Assembly: GCA_033851845.1 (NCBI GenBank)
Contig: JAWWOH010000036.1
Coordinates: 3,945 to 67,944, forward strand
Length of the DNA: 64,000 nt
From: Actinomycetota bacterium
GTDB taxonomy: Bacteria; Actinomycetota; Actinomycetes; Mycobacteriales; SCTD01
Direction of reading: 5' to 3'
The position numbers were made by a program, and so were the translations under genes. Below, piece after piece: positions 38,996-47,901 of the stretch. Every line of letters starts with the position of its first letter. Position 1 is the first letter of the stretch. The notes beneath the pieces were generated by a model that worked only from the letters and a program-made list of their open reading frames with translations, was not told the DNA's origin and did no database searches.

Positions 38996-39167
38996 CAGCA
39001 ACGACCTCTGCCGGCTACGCGAGCCAGCCGCAGGTTTGCCGCTGCGCGCTGGACGCTATGCCCGCGTCTGCCGATTGCCCATGGTCAGGACGGACCGGGC
39101 AGAACCGTCCGATCGGCAACGTCTGCTAGCAAGATCACGCAATGTCGCGCGAGGGACAGCGAACTTC

Positions 39168-41600
39168 CTAGATCGCGTACGCCGGCAGCAACCCGCTCAT
39201 CCGGACCGCACGAAGAACGTCGGCGACGCGCTCTGCCGAGGTCTGCGCGGCGACCGGCTTCGCGCTGGTCTCGCTGCGCGCGCCGATGCCGCTCAACCGC
39301 ACGGACCAGGCGCCGCGGCCGAAGTTGGCGGCGAACAGCATCGAGGTCGGCGCGTGCCAGCGCAGCTCGGTGATCGGCGCGTTGGGCAGGCCACTGCCCA
39401 CCTTCAGCCAGCTGCGGCCGAGGTTCTTGCTGACCGACCGCGACAGGAACACACCGACATCGGTCGCCACCAGCAGGTCATCGCCGATGGGCACGACGTC
39501 GTTGACCGGTGCCTGCGGCAGGTTGCCGCTGATGTCCTTCCACGTCTTGCCGCCATCGGCCGTGCGGTAGACGAGTGACCTGCTCTTGCCCGAGCGGAAG
39601 CCGGAGAAAGACGCGAAGGCGACGCTCTTGGCGTTGCGACGGTCGATCGCCACGGACGTCACCCAGTCGGTCGGCAGGCCGGTCGCCCGGGTCCACGTCG
39701 TACCGCCGTCATGGGTGTACTGCACGCGACCGTCGTCGGTGCCCGCGTAGATCGTGCCGAGGTCGGCGTACGCGACTGCGAGGGTGGTGATCGTGCCGTA
39801 GTTGCGGAAGAGCGGGTTGGTCTCGCGCCCGGGCCCGCCGGTGAGGTCGGGGCTGATCGGCGTCCACGACGCGCCGTCATCGGTGGACCGGCTGACGATC
39901 TCGCTGCCGGTGTAGACGGCGTGCGGCTCGCCGGGGTCGAACTCGATCGGGGTGAGCCAGCCCTTGCGCGTTCCGACGACGGAGTTGTCGAAGGCCGTCA
40001 TGTTGGTGCCGCCATCATGGCTCACCGCGCAGGCCCCGTACTGGCTGCAGCCGTAGACGATCTTGTCGTTGCGCGGATCGATGGCCATCTCGGTGCCGTC
40101 GCCGCCGGTGATGTCGTTCCAGCCGTCATTGGCCGGGTCGTCGGTGCGCTTGTAGTTGCGGTTACCGCCGTTGTCCTGCAGACCGCCGACGATCCTGCGG
40201 GGGTCCTGCATGGACACGTCGATCGAGAACAGCTGGTTCCACGGCATGTACTCGCCGTGCTTGAACGAGGCGCCGTTGTTGTCCGAACGGTAGAAGCCGC
40301 CGTCGTTGCCGACGTACACACGACCCGGCACCTTGGGGTCCCATGCCATGCCGTGCTGGTCGGAGTGCAGGCCGGGGCTGCTGCCGAAGCTGACGCCGCC
40401 GTCGGTGCTCTCGGACATGTTCACCCCGGTGGCAAAGACGTGGTCGGGGTCCTTGGGGTCGACGTAGACGCGCCCGAACCACCACGCGTAGACGTAGCCG
40501 CCGGTCACCAGCGGCGTGTCGATCCCCGGCGTGAAGGTGCCGCCGGCGTCGTCGGACCGGTACATGCCGGCCGTCAAGCCGGCCTCCGTGGACGCGAGGA
40601 TGTAGACGCGGTCTGGGTTGCTCGGGGCGACCGCGATGCCGAGGCGGCCCAGCTCGGGGTTGGCCAGAAGTGTTGGTCCCCCGATGCGGGTCCACGTCTT
40701 GCCCGCGTCCAGGGACTTGAACGCGCCGCTGCCCAGGCCGGTGTACTGGCGCTTGTCGGGGTAGCGGATGCGGTCCCACATCGTCGTGTAGACGGTGTCG
40801 GGCTTGCGCGGGTCGAGCGCGATGTCGACGGCGCCGGCGGTCGCGGTCTCCGGCTTCAGTGCGAGCTTCCAGTGCTTGCCGCCGTCGGTGGTCTTGTAGA
40901 GACCGCGCACGCCGCCACCGCTGTAGAGCGGACCGTTCGCCGCGACCCACACGGTCTTCTCGTTGCGCGGGTCGATGACGACGCGGCCGATGCGCTCGCT
41001 GCCGTTCAGGCCCATCGCGGTCCAGTGCTTGCCGCCGTCGGCTGACCGGTAGACGCCGCTGCCGCCGTACGTAATGGATCCACCGCCCGGCCCGGCCTCT
41101 CCGGTGCCGGCCCACAGCACGCCGGTCTTGCTGATGGCGAGCGCACCGACGGCCTGGGTCATCTGGGTCGGCCACACGCTCGAGAACCGCTTCCCCCCGT
41201 CGCCGCTGTGCCAGACACCGCCACTTGCGGTCGCGAGGTAGACGCTGTCGCGTCGCAGCGGGTCGACCACCACGTCGAGGACCCGGCCGCCGATGTTCGT
41301 CGGGCCCTTCAGCGACCAGGTCGCCCTGGCGAGCCCGGGGTCGCTCTTCGCCGTCGATGCGGCGATCTGCTGCGCTTGCGCATCGGCCTTCGCCCACGCG
41401 CCGGTGGGAATCACCCCACCGCGCTGCCCGAGCATCTCGTCGCCAGGCTCCTGCTCCGCGTCGGACAGCGCGGCCAGGCCGGCCGCGGTGACGCCGGGCA
41501 CGGCACGGCTGGCCTGCGTCGCAGTCACGGCAGCGGGCATCCCGGCCAGGGCCGGCAGCGCCAGCAAGGCAGGCAGGAGCAAGAGCGGCGTACGACGCAT
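39168..41600 (-). CDS. Secreted VPS10/sortilin-like Asp-box beta-propeller protein (putative glycosyl hydrolase)
   Basis: Signal peptide, GPTNIGGR, many S/TxDGGxxW boxes, HSDQH, VGNDGG, GGLQDNG, DISGNLP. Confidence 0.9.
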   Translation of the reverse strand: MRRTPLLLLPALLALPALAGMPAAVTATQASRAVPGVTAAGLAALSDAEQEPGDEMLGQRGGVIPTGAWAKADAQAQQIAASTAKSDPGLARATWSLKGPTNIGGRVLDVVVDPLRRDSVYLATASGGVWHSGDGGKRFSSVWPTQMTQAVGALAISKTGVLWAGTGEAGPGGGSITYGGSGVYRSADGGKHWTAMGLNGSERIGRVVIDPRNEKTVWVAANGPLYSGGGVRGLYKTTDGGKHWKLALKPETATAGAVDIALDPRKPDTVYTTMWDRIRYPDKRQYTGLGSGAFKSLDAGKTWTRIGGPTLLANPELGRLGIAVAPSNPDRVYILASTEAGLTAGMYRSDDAGGTFTPGIDTPLVTGGYVYAWWFGRVYVDPKDPDHVFATGVNMSESTDGGVSFGSSPGLHSDQHGMAWDPKVPGRVYVGNDGGFYRSDNNGASFKHGEYMPWNQLFSIDVSMQDPRRIVGGLQDNGGNRNYKRTDDPANDGWNDITGGDGTEMAIDPRNDKIVYGCSQYGACAVSHDGGTNMTAFDNSVVGTRKGWLTPIEFDPGEPHAVYTGSEIVSRSTDDGASWTPISPDLTGGPGRETNPLFRNYGTITTLAVAYADLGTIYAGTDDGRVQYTHDGGTTWTRATGLPTDWVTSVAIDRRNAKSVAFASFSGFRSGKSRSLVYRTADGGKTWKDISGNLPQAPVNDVVPIGDDLLVATDVGVFLSRSVSKNLGRSWLKVGSGLPNAPITELRWHAPTSMLFAANFGRGAWSVRLSGIGARSETSAKPVAAQTSAERVADVLRAVRMSGLLPAYAI

Positions 41601-41609
41601 GGTTGTTGC

Positions 41610-41635
41610 TTCGCCGTACGCCGCGTCAATCCTGC
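41610..41635 (-). promoter_or_regulatory. Putative promoter GCAGG-N16-GCGAA
   Basis: Lies 9 nt upstream of the ATG at 41600; motif shared with three other sites. Confidence 0.55.
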
Positions 41636-41673
41636 CTGTCCACCGCCCGCCTGCTCAAGCTTGCGTCGCGTCC

Positions 41674-42573
41674 TCAGCCGCCGACGAGGGGGCGCGCGGC
41701 GGCAGTCGCCTCGGTCAGGTCGATGACCTGGTCGATCGCTTTGGGTACGACGGAAGCGCGCCCGTCAGGGCGCACCGACCGGCGCGACTCGGTGCGCGTC
41801 GGCCCGGCCGGCGGCGGATTCCACTCCAGCGTCACGTGCTCAGCCTCGTGGAAGCTGCGGGCCGGCGGCAGCCAGACGTCCCGTCTCCCGGGCGCCGGAC
41901 GAGGGCCCGTGGCGGGTCTGGCCTTGCGAAGTGCCAGCGCCCAGGCGTCGGTCACGGACGGCGGTGCGGGTGCAGCTGCCGGTGCGGGCGCACGTGCAGG
42001 CGCCTCCGCCGCGTCGGCTTCGGGCGCGCCGGACCGAGCCGAGAGCTCTGCCAGGCTGGTCGCGACCTCATCCGGGGTGATGCTTCGGGCCGGAACGGGT
42101 TGCCGTGCGGGGGTCCGGCGCCGGTTGGCCGGATGGTGCCGGTCATAGGCGTCGACGTACAGATCGGTCAGTGCCGCCCACAGCGATGGTTGGGTGACGC
42201 GGCGGTGCAGGACGTACGGGTAGGCCCGCTCCCAGAGGTCGACGATGTTCCAGCTGAACAGGTCGAGCACGGCGCGCCGCTCGACGCGTCCGGTCGCGAC
42301 GTACCACGCCGCGAGGTCCCACATGGACAGAGCGCGGTCGATGAGGTGCTGCTCGCGGGGATCGACGTCCTCCCACCAGCGATCGCTGCGACAGGTCTGC
42401 GCCGCGAGGCTGCCGAGCCCCTCGTCGTAGCGCAGCAGGGTGAGCGAGAGCTGCATCGTCCGGGCGTGCCTACCGTGCGTCCCGCGGCGCAGCCCGACGA
42501 CCAGCAGCGCCAGCAGGGTCGAGACCAATGCCGCCCCGCTGAGAACGATCGCGGTAGCGGTCCCTGCGCTCAC
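41674..42573 (-). CDS. Hypothetical membrane-anchored protein (DUF4760-like helical domain + low-complexity tail)
   Basis: N-terminal TM; WDLAAWYVATG...DLWERAYPYVLHRR; Pro/Ala-rich C-terminus. Confidence 0.6.
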   Translation of the reverse strand: MSAGTATAIVLSGAALVSTLLALLVVGLRRGTHGRHARTMQLSLTLLRYDEGLGSLAAQTCRSDRWWEDVDPREQHLIDRALSMWDLAAWYVATGRVERRAVLDLFSWNIVDLWERAYPYVLHRRVTQPSLWAALTDLYVDAYDRHHPANRRRTPARQPVPARSITPDEVATSLAELSARSGAPEADAAEAPARAPAPAAAPAPPSVTDAWALALRKARPATGPRPAPGRRDVWLPPARSFHEAEHVTLEWNPPPAGPTRTESRRSVRPDGRASVVPKAIDQVIDLTEATAAARPLVGG

Positions 42574-42602
42574 GCCTCAGCACACCACGCGGTCGGGCCG
42601 GA

Positions 42603-43631
42603 CTACGCCTTCTTGTTCCGCGTGTCGCGACTCGGTTGAACGCGTTTGGGCTCGCCCGGCTGAAGCGCGAACGAGGGCGGGTACGGCGCCTCCCCGTCCC
42701 CCTGCTGCTGGTAGAGCTCGAGCAACGGGCTCAGGTCGTGCTCGATGTCGTCGATCGCTGCGTGCACGTCACCCAGCTCGGCGAACCGGTCGCGCATCGT
42801 CCAGATGTCGAAGTCGGCAACGGCGACGCGGGAGACCTCCTCCCACGTGATGGGTGCCGAGACCGTCGCCTGCGGTCGGGCCCGGACGCTGTACGCCGAC
42901 GCGATCGTCTGGTCGCGGGCCATCCGGTTGAAGTCGATGAAGACCCGCTCCCCCCGCTCCTCCTTCCACCACTTCGCCGTCGCGAGGTCCGGTCGTCGGC
43001 GCTCGACCTCGCGCGCGACGGCGACCGCCGCATGCCGAGCGTCGATGAACGGATGGGTCGGCGCGATCCGCAGGTAGACGTGGATGCCCTTGCTGCCACT
43101 CGTCTTCGGAAAGGCGACGTAGCCGAGCTCGTCGAAGAGATTCTTGACCTCGAGGGCGGTCTCCTGCACCTCCGGCCAGCCGACGCCGGGCATGGGGTCG
43201 AGGTCGATGCGCAGCTCATCCGGAGTCTCGGTGTCGGCGCGTCGAGACGGCCACGGGTGGAAGTCCAGCGTCCCGAGGTTGGCTGCCCAGGCGACGTGCG
43301 CGACGTCGACCGGGCAGAGCTCGGTCGCGGACCGTCCGCTCGGGAAGGTGACGGTGGCGGTCTCGATCCACGGCGGCCGGCTGTCCGGGACGCGCTTCTG
43401 GTAGATCGCCTCGCCCTCGGCGCCGTCGGGATGGCGCTTCAGGACGGTCGGCCGCTCCCGGAGCGCCCGGACGATCCCGTCGCCGACGGCGAGGTAGTAC
43501 TCGACCATGTCGAGCTTGCGACCGCGGCCCTCGGGCAGCGCCGAGAAGTAGGTCTTGTCGGGGTTGGTGACCTTGACCAGCCGCTCCCCCGACGGCGTCT
43601 CGACCGGGATCTCGATGAACGGTGACGCCAT
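42603..43631 (-). CDS. Stand-alone LigD polymerase-domain protein (Prim-PolC/PolD type)
   Basis: VTNPDK, YQKR, ELRIDLDP, KTSGSKGIHVY, KWWKEERG..VFIDFN, AYSVR; ATG at 43631. Confidence 0.92.
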   Translation of the reverse strand: MASPFIEIPVETPSGERLVKVTNPDKTYFSALPEGRGRKLDMVEYYLAVGDGIVRALRERPTVLKRHPDGAEGEAIYQKRVPDSRPPWIETATVTFPSGRSATELCPVDVAHVAWAANLGTLDFHPWPSRRADTETPDELRIDLDPMPGVGWPEVQETALEVKNLFDELGYVAFPKTSGSKGIHVYLRIAPTHPFIDARHAAVAVAREVERRRPDLATAKWWKEERGERVFIDFNRMARDQTIASAYSVRARPQATVSAPITWEEVSRVAVADFDIWTMRDRFAELGDVHAAIDDIEHDLSPLLELYQQQGDGEAPYPPSFALQPGEPKRVQPSRDTRNKKA

Positions 43632-43653
43632 GGCGCGAACGTACAGTGGCCAG
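43632..43653. promoter_or_regulatory. Bidirectional leaderless promoter with overlapping -10 hexamers
   Basis: TACAGT (+, 43642-43647) and TACGTT (-, 43638-43643) share the central TA, each 6 nt from an ATG. Confidence 0.65.
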
Positions 43654-44292
43654 ATGGCAGATCCGTCGACCGTGGGCGGCGATCGCTCGTTGTTCCTCAC
43701 CGTCAACGAGTGGGCGCGGGACACTCCGTGGCTGCACGGTCTGCTGCGGACGTACGCCGGCTACGGGGTCGTCCTGTTCGCTGCGCTGCTCGTGGTCGGC
43801 TACCTGCTCGCACGGAAGCGACGCGACCTGGACCTGCTGGCGGCATCGCTGTGGGCGGCGCTCGCACCGTTGATCGCCGTGGGCCTCAACCAGCCGATCG
43901 CGTCCGGTGTCGGCGAGCAGCGACCATTCGTGGTCTTCCCGCACGCCCTGCTGCTGGCCCACCGGTCGGCCGATCCGTCGTTCGCGTCCGACCACGCGAC
44001 GATGGCCGGCGCGGTTGCCGTCGGCCTGTTCCTCGTCTCGCGTCGACTTGGCGCCGTTGCGGCTGTCGCCGCCGTCCTGATGGCGTTTGCGCGCGTGTAC
44101 GTGGGCGCGCACTTCCCGGTCGACGTGCTTGCGGGGCTGCTGCTCGGAGGCTCTGTCGCAGGCCTCGGTTGGCTCGTGCTGCGGCGCCCGCTCAAGGCCG
44201 CGCTCGCGCTGATCGGGCGAACACCGCTCGCGTTCGCCGTCCCCCTCGACCACGGCCCGCGGAAGCTCTCAGTTCAGCCGGGGGTGGAGTGA
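43654..44292 (+). CDS. PAP2-family phosphatase (undecaprenyl-PP phosphatase-like)
   Basis: RPF, PSFASDH, ARVYVGAHFPVDV; TM helices. Confidence 0.9.
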   Translation: MADPSTVGGDRSLFLTVNEWARDTPWLHGLLRTYAGYGVVLFAALLVVGYLLARKRRDLDLLAASLWAALAPLIAVGLNQPIASGVGEQRPFVVFPHALLLAHRSADPSFASDHATMAGAVAVGLFLVSRRLGAVAAVAAVLMAFARVYVGAHFPVDVLAGLLLGGSVAGLGWLVLRRPLKAALALIGRTPLAFAVPLDHGPRKLSVQPGVE

Positions 44293-44802
44293 GCGGGCTG
44301 CCGCACTGTCCGGCCATCGCACCGGGTGCCGGCCGCTGAGCTGGTCGAGGATCTGGCTGATGCACCACCGCCGGTAGGCGAGGCAGTCGTCGGGAGTTGC
44401 CAGGTCGAGCAGCTCGTTACCGCTCCAGCAGTAGTAGTCGGCCTCGTCGAGCGTCTCGGCGACCGAGCGCATGATGTCGGCCGCCTCTTGCGGCAGCTCG
44501 ATCACCAGGTCGTCGATCGTCTCGACGCCGCTGTCGATGGCGTCGGTGAGGATCCGCTCGGCTTCGTCATTGAGCCCGGCGAACTGCTGCGTCAACGCGA
44601 GATAGACGTCGAGCAGGCGGACGGGGACCTCGTTCCCGCTGCCCTTGGTGCCGGTCTCGATCGCGTCCGCGACCAGGAAGGCGAAGACGCGCAACAGCTC
44701 CTCCCGGTGCCGGCGAGACTTCGCAGCGAGCGGCACGGGCACCGCGCGCAGGTGCACGGGGACGAGCTCGTCACGGTCGGACGCCGTCAAAGCGGGGGGC
44801 AT
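44269..44802 (-). CDS. Conserved hypothetical protein
   Basis: Actinobacterial-type helical protein with LDEADYYC...LL.L.......YRRW...QL.G..P..W. Confidence 0.7.
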   Translation of the reverse strand: MPPALTASDRDELVPVHLRAVPVPLAAKSRRHREELLRVFAFLVADAIETGTKGSGNEVPVRLLDVYLALTQQFAGLNDEAERILTDAIDSGVETIDDLVIELPQEAADIMRSVAETLDEADYYCWSGNELLDLATPDDCLAYRRWCISQILDQLSGRHPVRWPDSAAARSLHPRLN

Positions 44803-44886
44803 GGCTCGATCGTCGCTTGTGTCCGCTTCTGTCGGTATCGCCCGCCAGGACCAAATGCGTCCCCTACCGACGTACTAGCCGATGGC

Positions 44887-46479
44887 CTAGCGGTGGCTGT
44901 CCCGGCTGATCCAGGTGGCGGGACCGCGCAGCGCGGGGCCGCTGACCTCGCGGATCACCACGCCCTGCATGTCCTGCGCCGCACCGTGCGGGTCGCCGGC
45001 CTCGTACGTCACGATGTCGTCGTCGTTCTCTCCAGGCACTCGCTTCGTGCTGCAGTCGGCGAGCTTGGTGCAGGTGTCGACGGCCGTCGCGAAGACCCGG
45101 CCCTGGTCGCCCGGTGCGGCCACGATGTCGAGGAAGTCGTACATCCGGCCGCAGCGGCCGTTGCAGTCGCCACGGTGCACCGGATCCCACGTCGGGTTGG
45201 CGGTGTTGGACAGGAACAGCGGGTTGGCCGACAGCGCGTCGGTTGACATCACGACGTAGCTGTTCCACGGGCGGGCCTTGTCCTTCGTGCCCTCGGTCGT
45301 CGTACCCGGGAACGTGATCGCCAGCCGGCCGGGATCACCGACGTCGATGGTGGGGAAGTCGGTGGCCTTCACACCCGGCGGCGCGATCATCAGCGGCGTG
45401 CTCCAGTGCTCGCCGTGGTCGCGGCTGATCGACAGGTACGGCAGGTTGAACTTGTTGTCCTGCCAGACGTAGTAGAGGTTGTCCTTCTTGTCGACGGCTA
45501 CCGACGCCTGCTGGCCGGACATGCCGATGCCGGAAGACACCTGCACGTCGTGGAAGGTGTTGGCGGCGTCGCTCGAGATGCCGATCATCGGGATCTGGCA
45601 GTAGCCACGAGGGACGAACAGCCGCCCGAAGCGGTCGGTGACGGCATGGCCGTGCAGGCTCCCGCAGATGCCCTCGTTGTGGTCGCTGTCGAAGCTGGCG
45701 AGATACTCGGGGTTGAAGGCCTCATAGCCCGTCTGGTTGCCCTGCACGAAAGTGCGGCCGCCATCGAAGCTGCGCGCACAGGCGCCGTACCCGATGGAGT
45801 TGACGCAGTAGTACAAGACCTTCTGGTACGCCGGGTCGAGCAGTGGCACCGTCACGCCTTCGGGCTCGACGCCGCTGACGAGCGTCTGGTGATCGTTGAC
45901 GCCGGTGCTGGTGAGCACCGTGTCCGTCCAGCTCTTGCCGTCGTCGTCCGAGTAGGCAAGGTGCGCCCCGTTGACGCCCTGCAGGTCGATGTCGAAGATG
46001 CGGCCGTTGCCCTTGGACACGTTGGGGTCCACGAAGATGTACGGGTCGGTCGAGACGACCATCGTGTTCTGACCCCCCACCGCGGGCTGGGCCTCCTTCC
46101 ACGTTCGGCCGCCGTCGGTCGACTTCTCCACCAGCGTCCGCGGCTCGTTCTTCGGCGGGTTGCCGGGGATCGCGTCGAACGCGGCGGCCACGGTGTAGAT
46201 GTCGCCGTTCTTGGCCACGCCCAGGGTCGGCTCTGCCGCCTTGCGCCCGACGTAGCTCTGCGCCAGCACGAGGGGACCCCCGCCGTACGAGATCTGCGTG
46301 TTCTGCGGCAGGTCCTTGGGCTGCGCCGTCAGGTGCAACCCGTGGTACGCCGCGAAGCCACCAGGATCGCCGCCGAAGGTCCCGGCTCCGAGCTCACTGC
46401 TTCCTGCCTGTGAGGTGGCGGTGAGCGTGACGATCGCGCCGATGGCGAGTCCGGCGATCGCGATGGTCCGACGAGACAT
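44887..46479 (-). CDS. Secreted Asp-box (sialidase-like) beta-propeller protein
   Basis: Signal peptide; STDGGRTW, SDDDGKSW, SFDGGRTF, SRDHGEHW; GGAG RBS. Confidence 0.87.
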   Translation of the reverse strand: MSRRTIAIAGLAIGAIVTLTATSQAGSSELGAGTFGGDPGGFAAYHGLHLTAQPKDLPQNTQISYGGGPLVLAQSYVGRKAAEPTLGVAKNGDIYTVAAAFDAIPGNPPKNEPRTLVEKSTDGGRTWKEAQPAVGGQNTMVVSTDPYIFVDPNVSKGNGRIFDIDLQGVNGAHLAYSDDDGKSWTDTVLTSTGVNDHQTLVSGVEPEGVTVPLLDPAYQKVLYYCVNSIGYGACARSFDGGRTFVQGNQTGYEAFNPEYLASFDSDHNEGICGSLHGHAVTDRFGRLFVPRGYCQIPMIGISSDAANTFHDVQVSSGIGMSGQQASVAVDKKDNLYYVWQDNKFNLPYLSISRDHGEHWSTPLMIAPPGVKATDFPTIDVGDPGRLAITFPGTTTEGTKDKARPWNSYVVMSTDALSANPLFLSNTANPTWDPVHRGDCNGRCGRMYDFLDIVAAPGDQGRVFATAVDTCTKLADCSTKRVPGENDDDIVTYEAGDPHGAAQDMQGVVIREVSGPALRGPATWISRDSHR

Positions 46480-46522
46480 CAGGGCACTCCAGGCAGTGGG
46501 CGAGCAAGGTTTCCGGGTTGTC

Positions 46523-46548
46523 TTCTCGCTGGCCTGGTGAATTCCTGC
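46523..46548 (-). promoter_or_regulatory. Putative promoter GCAGG-N16-GAGAA
   Basis: Upstream of the secreted propeller gene starting at 46479. Confidence 0.55.
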
Positions 46549-46585
46549 CGGCAGTCCGGTTGGTGGATGCTGGTCCAGTGAATGC

Positions 46586-46611
46586 GGAACCGAGGGTGGG
46601 CAGCCCGCGTC
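46586..46611 (+). promoter_or_regulatory. ECF-type promoter GGAACC-N16-CGTC
   Basis: AAC...CGT ECF pattern 8 nt before the lipoprotein ATG; a similar site lies at 52770. Confidence 0.5.
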
Positions 46612-46619
46612 CCATCGGC

Positions 46620-47222
46620 ATGAGACTCGCCCTCGTCGCTGCGGTCATCGCGGCGGCGGCCGCCTGCGGTGGTTCCAATGCCGACCAGCACCTGGCCGTG
46701 TCGCCGCCCCGCGGCACACAGCCGCCGCTGCAGGAGGCAAGTGCCGTTCCCGCGGACCCCGCCGAAGCCACGCCGTCCGACGCCGCCTACACACCTGGTC
46801 CAGCAACCGCTCGGGCGATGCCCGATGCGGCGTACGCCGGAACTGCCACCAGCGGCCCGGGCCACATCAGCTCACCACCGCCGTCATCGTCGCCGCGCCC
46901 TACGCCGGGCGCGATCGACGGAACTGTGACGGTCACCGATGACGACAGCGGCAGCACCCTGCACGTGCGCGTCGGTCAGCGTCTCCGCGTCCGGCTCTCA
47001 TCGGGCACGTGGGATCCACCGGTCAGCTCGGCCGACTCGGTAGTGACGCGCCGCAGCAGCAACGGCGGCTACCCGACCGATCAGCCTGTCGATGCGGTGT
47101 TCGACGCGGTCGGCAGGGGGGCTGCTGACGTCACCGCGCAGTCGGACGCGGCCTGCTTCCACACCGAACCACGTTGTCTCATGGCCTCGCGCCAGTGGCA
47201 GGTCCACGTCGTCGTCGGCTAG
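46620..47222 (+). CDS. Lipoprotein with C-terminal chagasin/I42-like Ig domain
   Basis: Lipobox AAAAC; Pro-rich linker; VTDDDSGSTLHVRVGQRLRVRL...W; Cys pair near the C-terminus. Confidence 0.7.
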   Translation: MRLALVAAVIAAAAACGGSNADQHLAVSPPRGTQPPLQEASAVPADPAEATPSDAAYTPGPATARAMPDAAYAGTATSGPGHISSPPPSSSPRPTPGAIDGTVTVTDDDSGSTLHVRVGQRLRVRLSSGTWDPPVSSADSVVTRRSSNGGYPTDQPVDAVFDAVGRGAADVTAQSDAACFHTEPRCLMASRQWQVHVVVG

Positions 47223-47259
47223 ACAGCGCTGCCTGGCAGGTGCTGGCACGATCACAGCC

Positions 47260-47829
47260 ATGCTTCTCCCGTTCACCCCCCTGCTGCCGGTCCGGACCGA
47301 GCGGCTGCTGCTCCGCGCGTTCCGCGCCGACGACTTCGACGCGCTACTGCCGATCCACTCGGACCCGGTCAACGTGCGCTACGTGCCCTTCGAGGCCAGG
47401 ACGCCCGAGGACATGCAGGTCGCGCTCGAGAAGAAGATCGCGGGCACGACGTTGGCCGCCGCCGGTGACGGCCTCGGGCTCGCCGTCACGCTCCACGACG
47501 GCACGCTGGTGGGCGACCTCAACGTGTTCCTGCACACGCCGGAGCACGGAACCGTCGAGCTCGGCTGGATGTTCGACCCCGCCCACAGCGGCCGCGGCTA
47601 CGCGACGGAGGCCGTGCGCGCCCTGCTGGACCTGGTGTTCGGCGGCCTGCAGGCCCGACGGATGGTGGCCCGGGTCGAGGCTCGCAACACGGCATCGCTG
47701 CGCCTGTGCGAGCGGGTCGGCATGCGCAAGGAGGCCCACCTCGTGGAGAACGAGATCTTCAAGGCCGAGATCTCCAGCGAGGTCGACTACGCGCTGCTCG
47801 CGCGCGAGTGGCCGATCGCACCGGCGTAG
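47260..47829 (+). CDS. GNAT acetyltransferase (RimJ/RimL-like)
   Basis: TERLLLRAF, ELGW...HSGRGYATEA, NTASLRLCERVGM. Confidence 0.92.
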   Translation: MLLPFTPLLPVRTERLLLRAFRADDFDALLPIHSDPVNVRYVPFEARTPEDMQVALEKKIAGTTLAAAGDGLGLAVTLHDGTLVGDLNVFLHTPEHGTVELGWMFDPAHSGRGYATEAVRALLDLVFGGLQARRMVARVEARNTASLRLCERVGMRKEAHLVENEIFKAEISSEVDYALLAREWPIAPA

Positions 47830-47852
47830 TCCGGCGTACTGGGAGGCACCTC

Positions 47853-47901
47853 GGTCGACCTTGCGGAGGTCAACCCCGGCTGAGGGCCTTCGGTCAGGCC
47901 C
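47853..47901. terminator. Hairpins between convergent genes (possible bidirectional terminator)
   Basis: GGTCGACCT-N5-AGGTCAACC and GGGCCT-N6-AGGCCC inverted repeats; no U-tract. Confidence 0.35.
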
